A stretch of DNA of 64,000 bases from a bacterium (lineage in GTDB: Bacteria > Electryoneota > Electryoneia > Electryoneales > Electryoneaceae): contig OY769902.1 of NCBI GenBank assembly GCA_963669175.1, positions 736,001-800,000 of the forward strand. Reading direction: 5' to 3'. The translations under genes were made by a program, and so were the position numbers. Below are positions 50,761 through 58,175 of this stretch, one piece after another. The notes under the pieces were generated by a model that had not been told where the DNA came from, searched no databases, and was given only the letters and a program-made list of their open reading frames with translations. Position 1 is the stretch's first letter, and every line of letters starts with the position of its first letter.

Positions 50761-51930
50761 ATGAATACGTATACAGCAGTGGATTATTACCGTCTCGATG
50801 ATCTGTTGACGGAAGAGGAACGCCTGGTGCGTGACAGTGTGCGCGACTGGGTTTCCGATCGTGTTATTCCCAACATCGAAAACGCTTTCCGTGAAGGCAC
50901 GTTCCCTCGCGAATGGATTCAGGAAATGGCGGACCTGGGCCTGTTCGGACCGACACTTCCCGAGGAATACGGCGGTGCAGGGATCAACTACATCGCCTAT
51001 GGTCTTGCCATGCAGGAGTTGGAACGTGGCGACAGCGGCGTCCGTAGCTTCGCCTCGGTACAGAGCGCACTGGTGATGTACCCGATTTACACGTGGGGCA
51101 CGGAAGAACAGAAGAAATATTGGCTGCCCAAGCTGGCGCGTGCGGAGAAGATCGGCGCTTTCGGATTGACCGAGCCGGATTACGGCAGCGATCCGGGCGG
51201 TATGATCACCACCGCGAAGCGAGTAGACGGAGGTTATGTCCTCAACGGCGCCAAGATGTGGATCACCAACAGTACGATCTCAGATGTGATGATGGTCTGG
51301 GCCAAGCTGGACGGGAAGGTTGCCGGTTTCCTGGTGGAAAGCGACTGGGAAGGGGTATCCTGTCCGGAGCAGAAAGGAAAGTGGAGCCTGCGCGCCAGCG
51401 TGACCGGTGAAATCATTCTTCAAGACGTATTTGTGCCAGAGAGCCACCGTCTACCAAAAGCGAATGGGTTGGCATGTCCCCTGATATGTCTTGACCAGGC
51501 GCGGTACGGGATCGCATGGGGCGTCCTTGGCGCAGCACAGGCCTGTTATGACGACACTCTGAGGTACACACAGGAACGTGTTCAGCATGGCAAACCCATT
51601 GCCGGGTTTCAGATGGTGCAGGAACGTCTGGTCATCATGCTGACCGAGATTACCAAGGGGCAGTTGCTGGTGTATCGTTTGGGGCAGCTTCGTGACGCGG
51701 GCAAAGCGAGCTTTCGTCAGGTCTCGCTGGCCAAGCGCAACAACTGCCAGATCGCGCTGGAGGTGGCACGCACAGCACGTGATCTGCACGGCGCGAACGG
51801 TATCACTGAAGAATACCCGATCATGCGACACATGATGAACCTGGAATCGGTGTACACCTACGAAGGCACCCACAACATGCACACGCTGATTGTCGGGGCG
51901 GATATCACCGGGCTGGAAGCGTATCGTTAG
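50761..51930 (+). CDS. gcdH: Acyl-CoA dehydrogenase, probably glutaryl-CoA dehydrogenase
   Basis: ELERGDSGVRS, FGLTEPDYGSDPGGM, GAKMWITN, RHMMNLESVYTYEGT. Confidence 0.85.
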   Translation: MNTYTAVDYYRLDDLLTEEERLVRDSVRDWVSDRVIPNIENAFREGTFPREWIQEMADLGLFGPTLPEEYGGAGINYIAYGLAMQELERGDSGVRSFASVQSALVMYPIYTWGTEEQKKYWLPKLARAEKIGAFGLTEPDYGSDPGGMITTAKRVDGGYVLNGAKMWITNSTISDVMMVWAKLDGKVAGFLVESDWEGVSCPEQKGKWSLRASVTGEIILQDVFVPESHRLPKANGLACPLICLDQARYGIAWGVLGAAQACYDDTLRYTQERVQHGKPIAGFQMVQERLVIMLTEITKGQLLVYRLGQLRDAGKASFRQVSLAKRNNCQIALEVARTARDLHGANGITEEYPIMRHMMNLESVYTYEGTHNMHTLIVGADITGLEAYR

Positions 51931-51974
51931 GATGTGACGGTTATTGACACGCGACACACACCTGAGCAGAACAT

Positions 51975-52009
51975 AAAAACCCCCATCCGCCGGAAACGGA
52001 TGGGGGTTT
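51975..52009. terminator. Bidirectional terminator
   Basis: AAACCCCCATCCG-N7-CGGATGGGGGTTT between convergent genes. Confidence 0.85.
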
Positions 52010-52025
52010 GTTGGTGTCGGAACAA

Positions 52026-52721
52026 TTAGTCAGCCATGATAGTCCGGAAATAGTCTGACATACGTTGCGCACGATTCGCCAGGTCGCTCAGCGTACGAAT
52101 GACTTCCAGGGAAACATATTTTCGTTCAAACGGAATCGTTGAATTCGTTTCCTGCAGAATTCCGCGAATGAGACGGAACTGGTGACGGTCGGTAATGTGT
52201 TCCAGGCGTCCTATCTCAATGATAATCTCATTCATTTCTTCTGACATGGCCAGTTTATAGCCGGCTTTTATCAGATCGCACATTTTGAAGGTCAACGTAG
52301 TTGCCATTTTGGCCGTATCGATACCATGCTGTCCAAGCTCCAGAAGAAGTTGTCGGCTTGAATATTTGCCGATTTCCTCCGGCGCCCAGAATGGCTGAAT
52401 GCGCAATAGCATGGCCAGGTCTTCCACCTTGTTAGCCAAACCATCCTGCATCCGGACATATGTGAGCATGTCACCACGCGGGATAGGCATAAATACGGAA
52501 CGTGGAATACTGGCTCGCAGATCAACCTTTCTAGAATCTGCATCCTGTTCCAATTGGAAAATTTTCTCTGCAAGATCGTGTACTTCCTGATCCCGACTTT
52601 CAACAGCCGCGGTTAACAAGGGGTGCAGCATGTCCAGGCATGCGTTCACCTGCTCTGTGTGTTCCAGCAATCCTGTAACCGGGCTGGGGCCGCCAAGCAA
52701 TTTGGACAGCACGTTAATCAT
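52026..52721 (-). CDS. DUF47 / PhoU-like phosphate transport regulator
   Basis: LEQDAD, SVFMPIPRGD, QDGLAN, LEHITD, LSDLANRAQ. GGAGG RBS before MINVL. Confidence 0.8.
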   Translation of the reverse strand: MINVLSKLLGGPSPVTGLLEHTEQVNACLDMLHPLLTAAVESRDQEVHDLAEKIFQLEQDADSRKVDLRASIPRSVFMPIPRGDMLTYVRMQDGLANKVEDLAMLLRIQPFWAPEEIGKYSSRQLLLELGQHGIDTAKMATTLTFKMCDLIKAGYKLAMSEEMNEIIIEIGRLEHITDRHQFRLIRGILQETNSTIPFERKYVSLEVIRTLSDLANRAQRMSDYFRTIMAD

Positions 52722-53133
52722 CGTCACCTCCATCATGAGAGTCAGGTTGAATCTAACATTTCTTGAGAAATAAAGCAATAAGCTCATAGGGAGTTGTTAT
52801 CTTTTGGGTTAGGATGATGTTTCATGCAAACCCGGAAAAGAGTGCGCCTGTGAAGCCATTGGTCTTCAGGCTTTCTGTCCTGATCTATACAGCCGGGAAG
52901 TGTTAATTTATGCTAATCCTGACGATAACAATCCAGTGTAAGGATTCTGTTAGGATGGTGAGTTGTTATTGATTTTGTGGAAGAGGGGTGTCAAAGGCGC
53001 TGTATGTTTTTTCGAGCGTAACATCTTATATTGTTTTAGTTTGTAGAAAATATAGCGATTCCCATTATTAATCCGTCATATGGTCAGGTTCAATACCGGT
53101 GAAGAATCAACTACATAGTTGGAAAGAAGAGAT

Positions 53134-53324
53134 GGAAAAAGGGGACAGCCTCCTTTCCCTGGGGTAAAGCCTTCCCGCTGTAAACATGGACCGGGAAAGG
53201 TGGCTGTACCCTTTTTTCTGAGAACAGGCATGAAATACACGGAAAAGGGGACAGTTTCCTTTTCCATGAATACTTCAGGAATATTCTGCATAAGCGCGAG
53301 GAAAAGGATCCCGTCCCCTTTTCC
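53134..53324. repeat. Four 25-nt GGAAAAGGGGACAG-type units in alternating orientation
   Basis: Units at 53134 (+), 53194 (-), 53241 (+) and 53300 (-), with gaps of 35, 22 and 34 nt. Confidence 0.8.
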
Positions 53325-53444
53325 CGGCAATCTCTATTATGTCGGAATAAAATCGAGTTCCTATGTTAAACGACAGGCGCATCAAGTCGTGTTGGAACTG
53401 CTATCTTAGCAGTATTCCATTTTTCCAACACAAGGAGAAGCGCC

Positions 53445-54506
53445 ATGTCGAAGAACCAAGTTATTGCAGCGGACCGTTCATTGTCTATAGGTCTGGATGT
53501 TGATTCGCAGACTTCTTTCGCCGTTGTGCTCGACACCCAGACTGGTGAAGTGCTCTTTGAGAATCGGATCAAGCATGACTCAGCCGCCTGGGAACGCTTC
53601 TTTGCCCGTTTTCCCAACTGCCGCATGTGGGCGTGTTATGAAGCGGGCCTCACCGGCTTTGGCCTCTGTCGTTACCTGATCGGCCAAGGTGTTGACTGCC
53701 AGATCGCGCCGCCCAGCCAAGTTCCCAAAGGGGCGCAAGCGAAGCAGCAGAAGACCGATCATCTGGATGCCCTTACCTTGGCCCACATGTTCTGGACACC
53801 ACCTCGTACCTGGGTACATGTCCCCACAGAACAGGAAGAGGCGGATCGTCAGTTGTCTCGCACCCGTGACCAGGTGATGAATGATCGCGTTCGGGTCAAA
53901 AACCGAATCAAGAGTCTGCTATTGTTTCACGGTTTACAGTCACCGTTTCCGCCGCAACGCTATTGGACAAAGGAATACCGGCGCTGGTTGCGAACGTGTG
54001 ATTGTCTGGCCGCGACACGGATAGCCATTGATGTTGCTCTCGATGAGCTGGAGGCCATTGAACAGCAACTCAAGGTGATCACCAAAGCGATCAAGGCGAT
54101 GAATGCGTCCGCAACGTATCGGGACCGTACCCAGCGCCTGCGCCAGGTGAAGGGAGTGGGCGAGTTGACCGTGAACGCCTTCGTGACCGAGATGTATCGT
54201 CCCGAACGCTTCGCATCCGGTAAGCAAGTCGGCGCACATCTTGGCTTGACGCCGTGTGAATGGTCAAGCGCCAACACACGCCATATGGGACACATTACCC
54301 ACTGGGGACCGTCCCATCTACGAAAACTATTGGTCGAAGCTGCGTGGCGTTGGGTGCAAAAAGATCCGTATGCAAAGAAGAAATACGATGCGATCCATGC
54401 CGGGAAAACACGGAAAGTGGCGATCGTCGCCATGGCACGAAAACTAGCCGTGATACTGTGGGCCATGCTGGTCAAAGAACAAGACTACAATCCTGCCTGC
54501 GTATAA
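53445..54506 (+). CDS. IS110-family DEDD recombinase/transposase
   Basis: GLDVD, YEAG, KTDHLDA (RuvC-like DEDD). GVGEL, GLTP..WSS, LRKLLVEAAW, AIVAMARKL. Confidence 0.95.
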   Translation: MSKNQVIAADRSLSIGLDVDSQTSFAVVLDTQTGEVLFENRIKHDSAAWERFFARFPNCRMWACYEAGLTGFGLCRYLIGQGVDCQIAPPSQVPKGAQAKQQKTDHLDALTLAHMFWTPPRTWVHVPTEQEEADRQLSRTRDQVMNDRVRVKNRIKSLLLFHGLQSPFPPQRYWTKEYRRWLRTCDCLAATRIAIDVALDELEAIEQQLKVITKAIKAMNASATYRDRTQRLRQVKGVGELTVNAFVTEMYRPERFASGKQVGAHLGLTPCEWSSANTRHMGHITHWGPSHLRKLLVEAAWRWVQKDPYAKKKYDAIHAGKTRKVAIVAMARKLAVILWAMLVKEQDYNPACV

Positions 54507-54710
54507 CCCCAGCACTGCTGGCAGGTAGGTAAAGCATAGATTGTGATTGAATCGTCCGATGCCATTGGGAACACGCGACCCTGGTAGTTATTCTGTTGCT
54601 TGACAACGATTCGAGTTTAGGGCGCCGCTGTTCCGTGCGAACAAAAAACCTGTGCCACGAGCACGAATAGCAGAACGGCACATGGGACGATACAAAGGCT
54701 CTTTACACCC
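54507..54710 (+). ncRNA. Candidate bridge/seek RNA of the IS110 element
   Basis: Structured 3' non-coding end with 7-nt segments matching the left and right halves of the target and donor sites (see findings). Confidence 0.65.
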
Positions 54711-54852
54711 TTGACTGTTTACATAGCAGAACAGCTATATCTATCGACAAGGTACTTTGCTGTCGTGTTTTCAGGAGCAGACAGTAACCATTGCTGTGAT
54801 CCGGGTGTCTAACTATGAGTGGATCACCATGGAGTCGGATCAGGAGGAATAC

Positions 54853-55710
54853 ATGAGTCGCTCAAAGCAACTACTTATCGCCCTGGCAACAGGTGCGTGT
54901 CTTTTAACGGGATTATTGGCTGGGTGTGTCAAGCAGGATGGTCAAACAATTCAAATGCTTGGTGGCGCTATCAGCATTCGAATTCCGGAAGACTGGAGCA
55001 CAGAGTCCGAATCTTCCGATCCGCTGGAATTTTACCTCAAGCATGGTGATCAGACTCTGGCCAGCCTGGTCGCCGAGGCCGGTGAAGCGGTGACCCAGAA
55101 GTATCCTCAAACCTGGGACGAAGAACTGGTTACAGCACAAGGTATGAACTCGAGCCAGCTTGGCGATTTGGAAGAGATCTTTGCCCATATGCAGAAGGGT
55201 GTCCGCTATTTCGACCGTGACGATAAAGCAATGGCCTACCTTGAGGACGGGCCTGAAGGTCTGGACCATTTACACATGCGCTTCTATGATGATGATGAGG
55301 GCGCTGTACTCACGATGGATATCTCCTTGAAGCCTAAAACCATGAGCACCATGCGCGAGGCTATCATTGAAGTTTACCGAAATGTCCATGTTGATGACCA
55401 GGTCAGTGTGAGTGTGTCTTACGGCGACACCGAATCCAGCAACGCAAAACAAGCCCTGGACAATATGCTTGATCAGTACGACAAGCTTCTTGATCAGTAT
55501 AAACAGGCGCGTAAACAGGCGGAAAAGGGTATCGCCGGGGCTCAGGATGAAGCCATGAAGCTGTCTGACCAGATATCAGACTGGACTGACAGTTGGGATG
55601 ATAAGATGGATGAATTAAGCGAACAATTGACCGCGTCCGATCTGCTTGAAGTGACACGTGAATATCGAGACAAATTGGAAGAATATCGCGACATTATTAC
55701 GGGCGATTGA
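54853..55710 (+). CDS. Hypothetical lipoprotein
   Basis: AGGAGG RBS, LLAGC lipobox, C-terminal coiled coil. Confidence 0.7.
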   Translation: MSRSKQLLIALATGACLLTGLLAGCVKQDGQTIQMLGGAISIRIPEDWSTESESSDPLEFYLKHGDQTLASLVAEAGEAVTQKYPQTWDEELVTAQGMNSSQLGDLEEIFAHMQKGVRYFDRDDKAMAYLEDGPEGLDHLHMRFYDDDEGAVLTMDISLKPKTMSTMREAIIEVYRNVHVDDQVSVSVSYGDTESSNAKQALDNMLDQYDKLLDQYKQARKQAEKGIAGAQDEAMKLSDQISDWTDSWDDKMDELSEQLTASDLLEVTREYRDKLEEYRDIITGD

Positions 55711-55799
55711 CCCGAAAAGATTGTATCAATGCGATCTGATCATCTTGACCATCCCCTGACAGGTGGAGTAGCTTATTACTGGATATTCCTGGGGGTGGG

Positions 55800-56513
55800 A
55801 TGAAAAAACAATTGATGGCGGGTGCAGTCGTCTTCCTTTGTTTGGCGCTGGCCCTTCCGGCATTTGCCAACCTGAACGACATAATTGCCTTCGGAATTAC
55901 CACATCCGGACGGTATTGCCAGTACGGCGACAATTCCAGCCTGATTTCCAGCGGCGAGTACCACACAGACGCTTTTCACCGTAAAGGGATCGGCTTTGAC
56001 CTGCGATTGCTGATTCGTGATGATCTCGTTTTCAAATTTGGCTACAGACGCATGCATGCTGACGCTGGTGATGTGGTTGTGTTCCGCAGAGCCTATGTGT
56101 GGGATGAATATTACGGTGGTTACGATTCACGACTGGTCAGGCTTGACGCTGAAAAACTGGCTGACGTTCAGATCTATGAAATTATGCCCGGTGTCCGAAA
56201 CAGGATAGCTTCCTGGTGGTATTTCACCGTCGGAACAGGCCTAACCATTTTTCACGCGGAAGAACACACGGAGATCACATATACCGGGCAACTGGAAATG
56301 GAATTTCGTATCACTAACGCCTTCGGGATTATCGGTGATATCCAATATTCACGAAACATCCGGCTGGGGGATGAACTGGACACACTCCCAAGCAGTTACT
56401 ATCTCTACGAAGAAGACAACACCGACACGTATTACGCGGATGAACTGACATGGCTGGGCTGGGGATATAATGTCGGCATCATTATTTACCCGGGGTATTT
56501 ATTGAGTCCCTGA
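55800..56513 (+). CDS. Hypothetical secreted protein, possible outer-membrane beta-barrel
   Basis: Signal peptide ending AFA. Alternating beta-strand pattern with aromatic residues. Confidence 0.65.
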   Translation: MKKQLMAGAVVFLCLALALPAFANLNDIIAFGITTSGRYCQYGDNSSLISSGEYHTDAFHRKGIGFDLRLLIRDDLVFKFGYRRMHADAGDVVVFRRAYVWDEYYGGYDSRLVRLDAEKLADVQIYEIMPGVRNRIASWWYFTVGTGLTIFHAEEHTEITYTGQLEMEFRITNAFGIIGDIQYSRNIRLGDELDTLPSSYYLYEEDNTDTYYADELTWLGWGYNVGIIIYPGYLLSP

Positions 56514-56670
56514 CCCGACTGATCCTCTGTCTATTGTGTGGATTTAATAAAAATCAACATCTTGTTTGCAGCGCTCACCCCCTCCACTTTCCTCGCGTCT
56601 CCTTGTGTTAAGCGATGGCTTCTGCTTACGTTTCCCTGTTACAACGTGAACCTGTTTGATCGAGGATACA

Positions 56671-58125
56671 ATGTCCGAAAAACTGCTCTACGAATTGTCC
56701 CAGCCGGGGCGTCGGGGTGTCAAACTTCCGAAACTGGATGTGCCCGAAAGCGAAGCCCTGCCTGCAAGTTTGCTGCGTAGTGCGCCGGCTCCCCTACCGG
56801 AAGCCAGCGAGTTTGATGTGATCCGTCACTTCACCCGTTTGTCTACTCTGAACCATCATGTAGACAAGGATTTTTATCCCCTCGGATCCTGCACCATGAA
56901 ATACAACCCCAAGCTGAATGAAGCAATTGTGGGGATGCAGGAATGGGCCGGGCTTCATCCCCTGGCGCCGACATCGGCTGTACAGGGCGCCCTGGAACTT
57001 ATGTGGCAGCTTGGCGAAGCGCTCAAAGCGGTCACCGGATTTGACGCTGTCACACTGCAACCCCCTGCGGGAGCGTCCGGCGAGTTGACCGGCCTGATGC
57101 TGATGAAGGCGTACCACGCGGATCGTGGCGACCTGAAACGGAACAAGGTCATTATCCCGGATTCCGCACACGGCACCAATCCCGCTTCTATCGCGTTTGC
57201 CGGGTTCGAAGTGATCGAAGTTCCTTCAGATCCCGATGGCACTCTCGGCCCGGACGCGATCAGGGATGTTGTTGGTGATGATACTGTCGGCCTGATGATC
57301 ACCAACCCGAACACGTTGGGGATTTTCGAAAGTCGTATCCAGGAAATCGCCAAGCTGGTACACGATGCCGGCGGCTTGATTTACATGGATGGCGCAAACC
57401 TGAACGCCCTCATGGGAATCGCCCGTCCTGCGGACATGGGCTTTGATGTCATGCACATCAACCTGCACAAGACCTTTTCCACCCCGCACGGCGGCGGCGG
57501 CCCGGGCAGTGGTCCGGTAGTCTGCACCGCAGCGCTGGAACCTTTCCTGCCGGTTCCGGTTGTGATCAAGGGTGATGGTCTCTATTTCCAGGACTGGGAC
57601 CGAGCCAAGAGTATTGGCAAGATCCACGGCTTCTACGGCAACTTCCTGGTTCTGGTGCGGGCGCTGGTATACATCCTTTCCTGCGGTGGCAACGGTCTCC
57701 GTCAGGTCAGCGAGACAGCAATTGTGAATGCCAATTACATCCGTGTGAAGTTGCAGGAAGATTATCACCTGCCGCATCCGGAGCGTTGTCTGCATGAATG
57801 TGTGTTCTCCGCAGACCGCCAGGTAAAGGAAAATGGTGTCAAGGCGCTGGATATCGCCAAACGTCTGCTCGATTTCGGCGTACATGCTCCGACGGTATAC
57901 TTCCCGCTGATCGTGCATGAAGCTATGATGATTGAACCGACCGAAACCGAATCGCTGGAATCGGTAGATCATTTCATCGAGATTATGAAGCAGATCGCGC
58001 AGGAAGCGAAAGACGATCCGGAACTGCTGCAAACCGCGCCCCACAATACACCGGTGCGTCGTCTGGATGAAGCGGCAGCAGCTCGCAAACCTAACGTATG
58101 CTATAAGCCGGAGACACAGGACTGA
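56671..58125 (+). CDS. gcvPB: Glycine dehydrogenase (decarboxylating) subunit 2
   Basis: YPLGSCTMKYNP, SAHGTNPAS, DGANLNA, NLHKTFSTPHGGGGPG, IEPTETES. Confidence 0.97.
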   Translation: MSEKLLYELSQPGRRGVKLPKLDVPESEALPASLLRSAPAPLPEASEFDVIRHFTRLSTLNHHVDKDFYPLGSCTMKYNPKLNEAIVGMQEWAGLHPLAPTSAVQGALELMWQLGEALKAVTGFDAVTLQPPAGASGELTGLMLMKAYHADRGDLKRNKVIIPDSAHGTNPASIAFAGFEVIEVPSDPDGTLGPDAIRDVVGDDTVGLMITNPNTLGIFESRIQEIAKLVHDAGGLIYMDGANLNALMGIARPADMGFDVMHINLHKTFSTPHGGGGPGSGPVVCTAALEPFLPVPVVIKGDGLYFQDWDRAKSIGKIHGFYGNFLVLVRALVYILSCGGNGLRQVSETAIVNANYIRVKLQEDYHLPHPERCLHECVFSADRQVKENGVKALDIAKRLLDFGVHAPTVYFPLIVHEAMMIEPTETESLESVDHFIEIMKQIAQEAKDDPELLQTAPHNTPVRRLDEAAAARKPNVCYKPETQD

Positions 58126-58175
58126 GTTTACCAGAATCAACACCACTGACCCCAGAAGAACTTGCCCGGCTCGGT

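Larger units (their letters stand above)
53358..54729 (+). mobile_element. IS110-family (IS1111-like) insertion sequence
   Basis: Transposase present. Subterminal IR CTATGTTAAAC / GTTTACATAG. AG core at both junctions (53356-53357 and 54728-54729). Long 3' non-coding end. Confidence 0.85.

Noticed and set aside
53134-53324. CRISPR array
   Set aside because: The units alternate in orientation and are degenerate, the spacers are uneven, and no cas genes are present.
57226-58146. 306-aa minus-strand ORF
   Set aside because: Antisense shadow of gcvPB with no recognisable motifs.
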